Source: Callorhinchus milii (taxonomy: Eukaryota). Taken from it: a DNA stretch of 64,000 nt. The position numbers were made by a program, and so were the translations under genes. Location of the stretch: assembly GCF_018977255.1 (NCBI RefSeq), contig NW_024704742.1:99450001-99514000 (forward strand), in the 5' to 3' direction. Of this stretch, positions 11,325 to 24,239 are shown piece after piece. Every line of letters starts with the position of its first letter. Positions within the stretch are counted from its first letter, which is position 1. The notes below the pieces were generated by a model. The model was not told where the DNA came from, searched no databases, and saw only the letters and a program-made list of their open reading frames with translations.

Positions 11325-14199
11325 AATCAATTTTGAGGCCAGAGGGCTGTAAGGTCCCTGGCAGATAAATGAGGTGCTGTTCCTCGGGCTTGCACTGTGG
11401 CTCATTGGAACAGCGTAGGAGACTGTGGATGGAGAGGTCAGAGTGCAAGTGGGAGGGAGAGTTGAAGTGGCAAGAAACCGGGAGCTCAGGGTTGTGCTTG
11501 AGGACAGAATGGAAGTGTTTGGCAAACAGGTCACCCAATCTGCGTTTCGTCTCCCCAATGTAGAGGAGACCACATCGTGAGCAGTGAATGCAGTAACATT
11601 GGTGGTAGTACACGTAAATCGCTGTCTCACTTGAAATCTGTGTTTTGGGCCCTGGACAATGGTATGAGAGGAAGTGAAAGGGCAAGTATTGCACCTCCTG
11701 CGCTGACATTGGAAGGTGTCAGGGGGAGGAGAAGAACTGTTGGTGGTGATGAAAGAATGAACCAGGGAGTCACGGAGGGAACGGTCCCTTCGGAATGCTG
11801 AGAGGGGAAGGGAAGGAAAGATATGCTTTGTGGTTGGATCACGCTGAAGGTACCGGAAAAGACAGAGAACTTTTTTTTGATGTTGAAGCTGATGGAGTGG
11901 AAAGTGAGGACTAGGGGGACCCTATCATGGTTCTAGGAAGAAGGGGGAAGGGGTGAGGGCAGACATGGTCAAGGACCCTGCCTACCACAATGGATGGGAA
12001 TCCTTGGTTGAGGAGAAAGGAAGACATTTCAGCTGCTCTGATGTGAAAGGTGGCATCGTCAGAGCAGATGCGGCAGAGGCACTGGGAAAAGGGAATGGAG
12101 TCTTTACAGGAGGTGGGATTGAGGGAGGTGTAGTCCAGGTAACTGTTGGAGATGGTGGGCTTGTAAAAGATATCTCTTACTAATCTATGCCCCAAGATGG
12201 AAATGGTGAAGTCGAGGAAGGAAAGGGAAGAGTCAGAGATGCACCATGTAATGCTAAAGAGGGGTGGAAGCTGAAAGCGAAATTAGTGAATTTTTCCAGC
12301 TCACTGTGAGAGCAGGAACACAGTCGTCGATGTACCTGAGGATCAGGTCAGGGAACGGATCTGGGTAGGCCTGGAACAAAGAGTGTTCCAGGTGGCCAAC
12401 AAACAGGCAGGCATAGCTGGGACACATGCAGATTCCCATAGCGACACCTTTTACTTGAAGGAAGTGGTTGGAGTTGAAGGTGAAGTTGTTCAATGTCAGA
12501 ACAAGTTCAGCCAGGCAGAGGAGGGTGGTGATGGATGGAGACTGGTTTGGCCACAGTTCGAGGTGGTAGCGGAGGGCCTGCAGGCTGTCCTTGTGGGGAT
12601 GGAAGTGTAGAGGAACTGAACATCCGTTGTGAATAGGAGGCGGTCAGGGCCAGGCAACTGGAAATTGTTGAAGTGGCGGAGGGCGTCAGAAGAGTCACAG
12701 ATGTAGGTTGGTAGGGCATGGGCAAGTTTTCCCTTCTTTGTGCTAAATAGCTGAAAGGAAAAGAAGCACTAGAAATTTCTTCTTATAGGCCCTCAAAGAC
12801 GTGATAAGGGCTATTTCAAATGGAAAGATTATTGTATTATTATATACTTGTCCCCAAAGTATATTTTCATATTATGTCTAAAAAACCAGCATGTATTTCA
12901 ATTTCTTTACATTCTTGATATCGAAAAATACCTGACGAAGAAGCTTTGCAGCTCTGTAGGCTTGTGTTGCTTCCAGTTTTGAAGCCATTTCAATAAAAAG
13001 TCCCAAATATAGTACTTGGCATCATTGCTAACCTGTAAAAGTTATTGTTACAAGGGAAGGCGGAGTGTTAATGAAGCAGTTAATGATGTGTGACTCATGA
13101 ATGCTGACAACTTGCTCTGTTCAGTGGAGAGTAGCTTTCTATCAGAGTTCAAAACTGGTTGTGGGCAAAGGAGGAGGGATGGCTTCAGAGAAATATTATT
13201 TACTAACACGTGTCAAAACATGGTAAATCCGAGTTAACGCTGTATGTTGTTTCACAATTTTTTTCCTAATTAAATTAAAGACAGGGGAAAAATCAGGGAC
13301 ACATGTCAAGCCCTGCTTCCATTAGTTTCCATTCACTGTGTTTTGGTTGTCAATAAGGATGTCACCTGGACAATGGGGTTATTATCTTTTCAAACAAACA
13401 ATTACAAAGGCGTCATTTCTTCAGCTCCCTGTAGTGATAGTTGTTTGCAGGGAAGCACTGTTTGCCACATGCACTGATAGCAAAAGTGATCACCAGCTCC
13501 AGGCTATACTTCCAATACACAAAGTAGCCTTTGTCTACATTTTCTGCCTCTTTATCTCTTTTCATCGGATCCTGCAATAATTTAAGCTGTAACACTGATT
13601 TATTTAGAGTGAGGTTAACAAGAAATATTTTCACACAGAGGCTTGTGGGTACACTTTGACACAGATGTGTATTGAGTACAGATTGCAGCAGCATCTAAAA
13701 GAGAATTGATTTGGTATTCGAAGAGAGAAAATATAAAAGGATATTGTAAAAGAGGAGCGATTTGGAAATAAAGAATAACATATTGCTATATAAATGTAAG
13801 TTATTATTGCTGTTCAGATATACTTCCTGGTGTCTGTCCTAAAATTGCAATAATATTTTATTTTTTAGAAATCTTTATGTTGGAATTATTGAGTATTTTG
13901 TTCTCATGCAATGCATATAGTCAAGAATGTTTATAGTGTATATACATAATCTCCACTTGGGGGTTTGTTAGATCCACTAAATCATTGATATAATGGTCCC
14001 ACTGTACAGTCGCAAGAGGCCCACAGGATGCAAGATGTTTTCTCTCAGTAAGATGGATTGTCAGGAATTTCTGGCAAGTCAGAGACCCCATGCTTACACA
14101 ACACTGTTTGTAGTGTTGAAATATTAGGGCCACGGTATTGCCTTGTCACCACTTCTGCTCAGTAAGCATCCAGTAAGCATCAAGGTGAACAATAGACAG

Positions 14200-14590
14200 C
14201 AGCAAAATGGGCACAGACACCTTCAAGAGGCGGGATTTGAGGTGGGATTTAAGTGGGATTTAGGAGAGGGGGCAGAATTGTGTGGTAGAGTTCCAGAGGT
14301 TAGGGGTATAGGAGCTAAAAGCTGGCCACCAATGGTGGCATGGATAGAGCAGGGACATGCAGCAAGTCCAAGTTAACTGAGTGGAGGGGATGACAGAAGA
14401 GTGGGGTAGGAAGAGATGGGAGTGATAAGGAGAAGCCAGGGAGTGGATAGATTTATAGGAGAAAGTAAGGACCTTGAAATCGATCTATGAGAGCCAGAGA
14501 GCTAGTGGAGACTGGTGAGAAGTGGGGTAATGGGGGTGAAGAGTTTGGTGTGGGTGAGAATGTGAGCGGTGGAGATTTGGATGACCACCC
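14200..14590 (-). mobile_element. L2 LINE 3' ORF2 fragment
   Basis: Purine-rich + strand resembling the reverse complement of 24400-24700 (AGTTCCAGAG, CCAATGGTGG, GACCTTGAAATCGAT, TGGATGA). Confidence 0.65.
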
Positions 14591-17520
14591 TGTGGGTTTT
14601 ACATAGATTTACATAGATTATACAGTACAGAAACAGGTGTCTGATGTGTGCAATATCTCAAAGAGTGCCACAAGATTTACTATAAAGTGTAGTGACTGTG
14701 CATTTTGTAGATGAAAAATGAGACATCTCTAAACTCATTTAATTGGAACCTTTACAGACAACACATTTCAAGAGATTTCATCCCAACAGTTTGGGCTGAA
14801 TATTAAACTCCTACTGAAAGAACAATATGCTGGCCTGCTGCATAGACCCAGTCCCTTCCTAACACCAGAGGCTGTAAGCTTTTGAGCAACCAAATAAAAG
14901 TAAGTAACGTAGATGTTTCCAGATGCCAAACAACTACATTGACAAGTGGTTGAGAATGACATAACCCATTGCTTTAGTGAAAAATCTTGAGCAGTCTGAC
15001 AAAAGGCTCCATACCTTTTGGAGATTTTTAGTTGGCATCCATTTTATCACAAATTGTGGCTTACACATAAAAATTACCATGAAAATGAAGCTCTGCATTG
15101 GTGATATGCCCCATGAGCGGGAAGCACAAACACCTAAGTACACTTTTATTGCTTGATTGACACATATTGTAAGGAGTCCTGAATGCTCATTGTCGGTAGT
15201 CATAGCAAATGGAATAGTAACAGTAGGGAAAGATAACAGCAGCTGCCGTTACTGCTTGCTCTCCAGCACAGAACAATTAACATTTCCTCTTGCCAGTTCC
15301 TGTCACTCTCTTGGAGTCTGCAGTAACACCACAGCAATATAGAACAGCCTGTCGTGGCATGCTGCACCTCAGCCAAAGCTCGAGCTCAGCAACTTTAGAT
15401 CAGTGCTGGGCAACCTTTATAGTAGGCCAATAAATTACATTTTCTTGATTGGATATTTCTTGATTTGTGCCATAAAGCAGCAGTGCCCAACAGGATTCAC
15501 CTTTAGTAATTCACTCATTGTCACTACCATGTAACCCCAATAGTAACCGATAGTACATCTCAGCTCCATCGGATTCCTGATCCAAAGTGCCGGTAGTAGA
15601 TCACAGTTATTCCTTGATTCGGCCAAGACATACTGACAGTTACCAGTAAGATTCCCTGTTAGTGACTCTGAGTCACGATTAGTGAATCTCATTGATTTTT
15701 TGACCACCTAATCTACCAGCACACTAAATACTAAATACTGCCAATTGCTGAAAATGATTTTTATTACAATAGCATTTTTGTCACAAAGACACACACAACA
15801 AAAGGAAAACTCTTAGCAATCAACGTATGATTGAAGTCGCGGTCTAATGAAATAAATTCTCTAGTTATCAGAAGACTAGATATATTATTACAACACTATA
15901 TAAATACATGTGTGTAGATGTCGTTGCATATGATATAGCGTCTCAAAGCACTTTACAGGATTCACTGTAAAGTGAAATGAATGTGTATTTATAGATGAAT
16001 TACTTCTGTCTGGATCTGATTTTCAGCTACGATGAAATATTCTCACCTGGGTTCTAGCAAGCTGAATGTAATCACTGTGACAGTTCAAGGAACTTTGACG
16101 TATATCTTATTCCAGTAATATTAACACATCTATTTAGATATGTCCTTTGTTGATGCCCATGTGCGTTGGCAATAAAATCATATCACTGTTAAAGAAAAAC
16201 AAATGTCTCTCACACAAATGACAGGGCCGTGCTCTTCACTGATGCTTTTACACTTGCTTTGAGCAACTCTGGAATAGAAGGAGTCTGTTTTTTTCACACA
16301 AAAGACAAACTAGCAGTGAATGGAGCTATTTGCATGATTCACAAACTTGCCAGTCAGCTCAGAGTACAGCGAAAGAACTGGGAGAGACTGACTCAGCTGG
16401 AAGCCCTGCTAAATGGGCATTTTGTCATTATGACTTGTTTACATTGTTGAGCACAATGGAGCTTTGTCAATCAATTCACAGCCTTGCATTCCTCTCTCAG
16501 TTCCACAAGGAAACCTGCTCCAGTAAACAACTTCAGTGGCCCCTCACAAAAGAAATTCAAAATAAAAATTTGAGAATCACTTTGACTTTTGGGTAAAATG
16601 CCACATTTTGGGAGTGAATCCCACAATTTTAGTTGCAAACCACAAGTTATTATTATTAAGCAGTGACCGCCAGTTTGCAAATTTTCAGCTCCATTGAGTG
16701 TTGATGGTTCCTGCCACAGCTGGATTTGAAGACCTCTGTGTTAGCAGAATGTTGGTTAGCAGAATGCTGCTTAATTCAACCAAATAATCAGAGTTCAGCC
16801 AGTATGCCACTAACAGGCTGTCCTTTACTGTGCTCTGTGATCAACTTAGAGCCCAAGCAATGTGATAAAGTCGAAGAGATGGTGGTGAAGCCAGGGACTG
16901 GCTGATAATTAACGCTGATCGTTTTTTTCAGTATTGTGTTAGTTAACACGTCACAGGTCATAATTTTCAGTCTATCAGATGAGGGCAAGGTTAGACCGCA
17001 AAGTTGTTGACAGTTGAACAACCTGCCGACACTCACTGTCCAGAGTGGGATTTTGGGCAAGGTGCGGGAGGGATAGAAAGTTGAGTGAAGTGAACGCAGT
17101 GCAAGAGATACTTTACCAAAGTGATTGTTTAATGGGCTGTGAATCATAAATCTTGGCAACATTTTTTACAATATTTAGTATTTAATCAGAATTCCTTGGT
17201 AGTTTTCGAAAGGTGAGACTCTTTTCTTAAACAAAGAGTCTCAGGCAACCATCAATGTATGGTCTGTGATTTGAAAACTGAATAGATGCTATTTCAGGAG
17301 TACCGTAAGTAATATGGACTCCTTTTGACTTGATGGTGACTGCTGTCAAGCTTTGTAGTTTAACTGCTGGAGACCTCCTTCCTCAAGTCAGATGTTGAAT
17401 TTGATTGTGTCAGATTAAATCCACTTCTCAAGTCATGGCATAGAATTTCCTCCAGTCTAGGGCGCAGCCATCCAATCCACTAAACACATCACACCTGAAT
17501 ACGCTTTGCATCCCTGATCT

Positions 17521-17905
17521 TAATAATAATAGTCCTTGTTCTTGATATAGCGCCTTATCACATCTTCGAAACATCTCAAAGCCCTTCACAGAATATATTG
17601 TAAAAAGTAGTGACTGTATATTATGTGGGCAAAATGCGGCAGCCATTTGCTCACAAGTGTCCCACAAATAGTCATGGATTGAGTGACCAAATTATTAATA
17701 TTTTAAATATTTTTGGGGGAAGGGATTATTACCCCGGAAAATTGATCTGCCAATCGATTTAGAACCGGGTTCCTACTTACTGCTAGGTAAACATAGGCAG
17801 GTGAAGTAAGGAAACTTATCTAAGGTTTTGCTCTGCCTAGGAATCAAACCCAGGTCCTCTTGCTTGTGAGTTGAGTGCTCTAACAGTTACGAAACATGAC
17901 TCTAC
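17521..17905 (-). mobile_element. Full-length tRNA-derived SINE (family A, long form)
   Basis: Same head and tail as 6821-7130, plus an internal GTTTACCTAGCAGTAAGTAGGAACC block. Confidence 0.85.
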
Positions 17906-17929
17906 TTACATTATATATATAAATAAATG

Positions 17930-18418
17930 AATAGTCCATGCATTTGGTATAGTACCTTTCACATCAGGAGTATGTCTCAAAGTGCTTCACGGGTGTAGTG
18001 TAGTGAAATATAATGGTTGTGTATCTCTAGCAAAAGCAGGCAGTCAATTTGCAAACAGCAATATCCCATAGGCAGACATGATGTGAATGACCAATGTTAC
18101 CTGGGGGATTGTTGGCCAGGACATCAGGAGAAACCCCCTTCTCTTTTTGATTAATGGCATGAGATATTTAACATCCACCTGAACAGGAAGACATGACCTT
18201 GGTTTCTCATCCACAAGACAACACCTCAATCAATGCAGCATACCCCTGCAGTGGGGGGGTCAGTCTAGTCTTGTGAGTTTCAGCGCCTTGGGACGTCCCC
18301 CTGAGGTGAAATGCGCTTTACAAGTGTAATTGTTGTGCGTTCAAATCCCTGACATCTGGCTTGAACCCAGTCTTTTGACTCAGGGGCAAGCGTCCTACCA
18401 ACTAACCCAGGATGACTC
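17930..18418 (-). mobile_element. tRNA-derived SINE (family B; Deu-domain type)
   Basis: Different tRNA head (TTAGTTGGTAGGACGCTTGCCCCTGAGTCAAAAGACTGGGTTCAAGCC), a central CTGTTCAGGTGGATGTTAAA..TCCTGGCCAACA block, and the shared 3' tail. Confidence 0.75.
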
Positions 18419-19509
18419 TATATATAAACCTTAGTGATGAGCAAAGTGACTCCACATGAATAAGAAAGTTCACTATTGGGCATGAAGTGTAGATGTGCAC
18501 TTTAAGTAGAGGCATTGCCCCATGTGTAATTCAGCCACACAGGTTAGGAAGGTCACAGTATCAAATTTCACCTGACACCCTCTCTCCCTGCATTCTAAGT
18601 CAGAAAAACCTTGCACATGAATAACGGTACCAGGGAGATATCAACCACAGTGGAACCATGTACTAACAAAGTCAGTGTCTTCAGGAGAAGTAAGATGAGG
18701 AAAAACAAGTCGAGATTCAGGAAAAAAAAACATCTGATATTTAATTTAAGGTCACTGAACAAGATAGCATTGTAAGCTGTAAACCATGGGGGTCATACAA
18801 TTAAACAAATTAATGTATATTGGTGCACATCTTGTGGTTTTGTCAGTAAGTGCTTTGTCTTCCATTATACAATGATCTGTCAGTGCTGTTAGTAGCTCAT
18901 TGTATTTGGAATCCCATCAAAGCTTTATGACTTGAACTGAATTCAAAACCAACCCAGAATGAGGCTGAAAATATAAACATGCACAGAGCCTGTTTTGAGC
19001 TGAGAAAGGCATTGCTGACAATTTTCCAAACCGCTATAAACCATTCGTGCACATTCACCCTCAGCATTGCTGGGCAGCCTCTGCCAATGGTACTTCCACA
19101 CATTCCTCAGTCAAATGCCGAAAGGAGCTGTGGCACAAAACAAAATGGGTTACTTTACAGGAGCGTCGAATGAGCCAAGTGACAGGTCTCAACATCTGCT
19201 GCAGACGGCGGCTCGCTGTTTATTTTTGAGTTAATCTGTCAAGAAAACTATTTCCCCATTTTCCTGAGCAAACACAGACTTCCTTGTCCAAACATCAAAA
19301 ACACTCCTTACAGAACCCACTGAACGCACTAACTCATTACAAAGCACTTCGCTGTGAGTCTGAGAGAAAAAAAAGAGTGGAGATTGCTTCAAAGCAGAGT
19401 TTTGAACATTGCTGACTGTTTTCACGTGATGTTCAGAAACCAGGGCAATTTGTGAATAATAGTTGACAGACAGGGAATGATTCCTTCGCTCATAGCCTAA
19501 GGGGGTATT

Positions 19510-19834
19510 TAATAATTATAATAACAATTAAAATAAGAATCCTTGCATTTGATAGTGCCTTTCGCATCAGGAGGACATCTCTAAACGCTTCACCCGGTTC
19601 AGTGTAAAGTGTATTGACTGTATTTTTGTACAAAAACGCAGCAGCCAATTTGCGCACAGCAGTGTCCCACAAACAACCACCTGAAGAATGGCACTTCCAG
19701 TGATGAAGCACAGCTCCAGCACTGGTTTGGTAGTGTCAGCCTAGACCATGAGTTCAAAGTCCCAACATGGGGCTCAAATCCATATTCTTCTGACTCAGAA
19801 GCAAAAGTGCTACCAACTAAGCCAAGCTGACTCC
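19510..19834 (-). mobile_element. tRNA-derived SINE (family B, internally deleted)
   Basis: Head GCTTAGTTGGTAGCACTTTTGCTTCTGAGTCAGAAG, then GTTTGTGGGACACTGCTGTGCGCAAATTGGCTGC and the shared tail. Confidence 0.8.
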
Positions 19835-20159
19835 ACCTTCACGGTGAAGCAATTCCTTTCATTAAATTATGGATACCTAACTACCGACATCTTTATTCAT
19901 TCTTACTCAATTTGGCTGTTTGCTCATCCAATGGCTCAGTTGGCAAGTTCACTCCAGAGGACAAAGACCAGAAAGGTCCAAGATGTGTTCCCTGATAGTT
20001 GCTGAGTTAGCTCCCTCATCCCTTTTTTTCTCCCTAATCCAGTGAGTTCATGCTATTGCCCCAAATATTGCCCTAGCTGAGATCAGCTAACTCAGCACAG
20101 GAGGGAAATACAGATTGGAGATCAAACCTAGGAACTTCACCAGTCTGAATGGCTCAACT

Positions 20160-20430
20160 GTTCCTGACATGTAAATCCCTTTATGCCCTAGCACCTCCCT
20201 ATCTCTCTGATGTGTTCATACCCCAAGCCTCTGACTGCCCCATACCCTCAGTTAACACAGGCCTGCAGTATGTGGCCTGCTCCCTCCATGCCAGCTGAAA
20301 ACCTATCTCTTCGAGCTTGCTTATTGTTACCTTCCCCTTTTATGTAACTCGGCATCCAACCCAATCCCTATGAATCACTCAAGAAATTATCCTACCTGAA
20401 GGGCGGTATATAAATGCAAGTTGTTGCTGT
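20160..20430 (+). mobile_element. L2 LINE 3' fragment
   Basis: Pyrimidine-rich L2-like sequence ending GAAGGGCGGTATATAAATGCAAGTTGTTG. Confidence 0.55.
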
Positions 20431-21304
20431 ATCCTAAACTTGTCCTTTATATCTGTGACCTTTTGTCCCCCTGCCTTGATGTATCTAAAAGTATTACAGA
20501 CAAGAGAGAAAGCTGAGCAGATGAATGACCCGACTGATAAAATGATAGAAAGAACACAGGAGAACCAAGGCGGCCCATAAAAGAGGCCAGGGAAGCTAAA
20601 CTTTCCACATCCTTTGCAATTGGCTATCAAAATGAATTCCCAGTCCCTTTTGAGGTAAGAAGGGGTTTGGACTTTAGACGAGAATTTGCTTTATAGCCCC
20701 CCCCCACCCCACCCCCCACACCCCCACCTTACTGAAGATAGGAGCCACAACTGCTCATAATTTTTTCTTTATGAAAAACGTCCTCAGTATTCATCCTTCC
20801 CTCTGTTTTGTAAGGCTTAAGTCGTGAAATCTCATTTTGCATCTTTTAAATGCAAACACACATTTTCACTTACAGAAATCAAATTAGAGAACAGCATGGA
20901 ATCACAGATCATTTCCTCGCATTACTATTATCCTTATAAACTAGGAGAGTGCAATTGCATCACATTGTGATTGGACGATGATAAACACCAGTCTTTGAAG
21001 GAGTCGTTGGTCATGTTATTACCCAGAAAGCTCAAATTCCAGACATTTGAGACATTAGCGTAATTGCTTAAATGTTCTGAATTATGTTGTCAGTCAAAAA
21101 GGTTTTCTGAATTAAACTGAAATTGATTTGGTTTTGCAATTCAACAAGATTTATTTACACAAATGCAGAATGTGCACAGCTAAAAATATGAGCAATTCAC
21201 ATATGGATAGCAGTTACATACGAACTGCTCTAATAGAAATTTAAAACTTATCTGGCCTGACTGAAAAACAAATACAAGACAACCCCCTTTATAACTTGCT
21301 GGTC

Positions 21305-21665
21305 TGCAGCAGCAACAACAACTTGTGTTTATATAGTGCTCTCCATGTCTTAGAGCCCTGAACAACGGCACAGTTTCACACTGAACCAGGGAGAAAGTGG
21401 AGGTGACTTTAGCTATGGTCAGAGAGGAAAGTCTTCAGGTGCGATCCAATGACAGGCAAAAGGGGGGCAAGGTGGAAAGTTGAGGTAGGGAATTCCAGAG
21501 GTTCGAGTGGAGTGGCTGAAAGCATGGCTGCCAATGGTGGAGGGGAGAGGGCGAGGGATGGGCAGAAAGCCCAAGCTGGCTGAGCAAATGAGGCAGGTAG
21601 AGAGGTGCTTGGGCATAAAGTGATTTGTAGGTGACCGTGAGATCCTGAAATTGATCTATTCTGCA
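21305..21665 (-). mobile_element. L2 LINE 3' fragment
   Basis: Translates to RIDQFQDLTVTYKSLYAQAPLYL / TIGSHAFSHST / LWNSLP / HLKTFLSDHS, with a (CAA)n tail at ~21310. Confidence 0.75.
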
Positions 21666-22569
21666 ACAGGCAACAGAGTAGCCTGCCATAATCCAGGGTG
21701 ATGAGGGTGCAGAGGAAGCAGCAATGACATGACTTCCTACAAACTGCATAGTGAGAAGGGCTGATGGTATAATTTCCTTCTTAAAGTGATGTGATGTTCA
21801 TTTCCAGTGAACTATACACAAGTGTAACAATGACACAGAAGATGACCATTGTTTTAACATGAAAAGCCAGCTAGTCAGTGCCATTTGAACCCATCATCTT
21901 CTGACTCAGAGGCGAGAGTGCCACCAACTTAGTCTTGCGACACCTGGACTTCCATCAATAAATTTAGGCTTACTATCGTACTCTAATTACTGGTTACAAG
22001 CCAATAGAAAGAAGGTGCTTTGAGTAGATATGTGTATTGTAAATATCACCTTGCAGCAAAGTGCTGCCTCCTGAATTAGATGGCAAGGTGTTAATGAGAA
22101 AAATCAGATAGTGAGGTGGAATTTTCAGTCTGTCTCGCAAAAGTTCAAATAAGAAATTGAATCACTTTAAGTGCCTCCTGTTTTTTGTTAAAATTGAATG
22201 CCAACTGAGCTAATTCTATGTGTCGCCTTTGTAGCCAAGGAAACAGAGAAAGAATGCCCAGGGTTAGCACTATCACTCTTTCCACCCTGGCTAAGGTTTA
22301 AGGTCAAGAATGCAATTTATTGAATGAACACATCTAGGAAGGCAAGGCAACAATTGCCATTCTGGTAACTGGTGGGTCCTCAGCACAAAAGGCGAGTTGG
22401 GCCTCATAAAGAAAAGGTTCACCTCACCTCACTCTGCTTCTCCCATAATTATACCAGCATTTTCCCTTTGAAAAGTACACGAGCAACAAGCTCACTGAAA
22501 CCAGACCATGCATTGTGTGAAAATAAATCACCTTTTAGGTTACCGAAACATAAGAATTCCACATTACAA

Positions 22570-23005
22570 CCCTCCTCTTATCCCCCTCCCTGCCCTCTCT
22601 CACCCCCTCCCCCATCTCAACCCTCCCTGCCCTCTCTCACTCCCTCCCCCCTCTCAACCCTCCCTGTCCTCTCTCACCCCTTTCTCCCACTCACCCCCTC
22701 CATGCCCTCTCTTACCTCACTCCTTGCGTTCTCTTACGTCCCTCACTGCCCTCTCTCACCTCCTCCCTGCCCTCTTACACCCCTTCCTGCCCTCTCTCAC
22801 CTCCTTCTTGCCCTCTTTTATCCCCTCCCTGCCCTCTCTTCCCCCCTTTCCCCCTCTCTCTTACTTTCCTCCCTGCCCCCTCTCACCCACTCCCCACCGT
22901 CTCTTACCCCCCTCCCTGCCCTCTCTCACCCCCTACCTGTCCTCTCTCACCTGCTCCCTGCCCTCTCTTATTCCCCTTTCCCCTCCTTGCCCTCTCACCC
23001 CTCCC
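22570..23005. repeat. Polypyrimidine low-complexity/minisatellite tract (unit ~CCCTCCCTGCCCTCTCTCACC)
   Basis: About 435 bp of almost only C/T on the + strand, with recurring CCCTGCCCTCTCT. Confidence 0.9.
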
Positions 23006-24239
23006 CGGAGAAGAAATAAATAAAGAAGGTTTTTTTATGTGTGGTGGGGGGTGGAATGGTGGCTACAAAGCTTTTCTCGGGAAAGTGACAGTGTAAAGGG
23101 ACACCTCTCCTGCAGGGAACTCCTGTGTACATCACATTGACTTGACAGATCTGGTCGGGGCAGTATTTACATTGCTGTTTTCCAAATGAGCTCCTTTTAA
23201 TGCCCAACAGCTGCTTTACCAAGGCTAACCTCAACTCCACCCGCACCCTCCTGGAAACAATATTTATCTATTTGAAATTATTTGCTTCCCTTCAACTCTG
23301 TTCCCAGAGCCCTGTCCTTGTCCTCGTTTGCATTAATTCAATGTCATTGGATACTATACTGATTGATTTAAAAGGGCCCTGTGCCAACTCAACAGCATCA
23401 AGTGCAGGAAAAGAAAACACTGAGACATTTGACCAACAAAAAAAATAGCCAACTCGCTGACAGACATCAATCTCCTACGGTTTCAGTCAGCAGCTCAGTA
23501 AGGTTCAGACTTGTTGCTAGATTTCTTTTCATGTGCAGTGTGAAATCTGATACATCAGTGCTCGAGTGCTGCTGGCTGTGTTATTTTAGGGAGAAGAATC
23601 ACAGAACGGAGAGTATTAATTCACAAAAGAATACTTGAGATTTATATTGTTATTAGGCACATAGTAGTTCATAGGAAATGAGAGGTGCGGATACAATTTG
23701 TTATTTTTTTTGTGGAGCGAAGCAGATGGAGATTTCCTCAGGGAGTCATAGGGTAAAACAAGAAAAGATCTGAGCCCTTGTGGTAGCCACAACAGTGCAT
23801 CTCTTGATTTCTGAAGTATTTGGCAATGCTGTCTGCCGCGGGAATAAGCTCCATATGGTAATACTCAAGCCAGGAAACATGATCAGTCCTAGCGAATGCA
23901 CTTAAACATTCCACGTACCATAATCCGGTAATGATAGTAGCCTCAGGAATGTATAAAGTATTATTAATTATTTTCATATCTTGATCCACAAGTGTTACTT
24001 TGATACATCCAGTAGTAGCACTTTAAACTGCAGCATTGTAAATCCTCTCATTTCACTTCAGTTTACAATTAAGGCTTTGGTCTGAACCTGCATCCACCAA
24101 TGTACATTAGCTTTAGTCTGAAGTCATTGGGGTTTAATAGGGGATATTCAGTGATATCCACTTTGTAAATATCTCATCGTAGACCCCTTAGCCTGAGATT
24201 TGCAAATCTTTGAAAAATGTAATGTATTGAATGGACACT

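Larger units (their letters stand above)
10440..12725 (-). mobile_element. Degenerate Penelope-like retroelement (RT plus GIY-YIG endonuclease), interrupted by a CR1
   Basis: Frameshifted ORF pieces: NNFTFNSNHFLQVKGVAMG..PSYACLFVG..LRYIDD (PLE-type RT), FYKPTISNSYLDYTS..CKDSIPFSQ, and CIHCSRCGLLYIGETKRRLGD (GIY-YIG). A terminal-repeat-like end with a hammerhead-like motif lies at ~10500. Confidence 0.9.

Noticed and set aside
22372..23023. 215-aa and 171-aa Pro/Leu/Ser-rich ORFs
   Set aside because: An artefact of the C/T low-complexity tract, which lacks stop codons.
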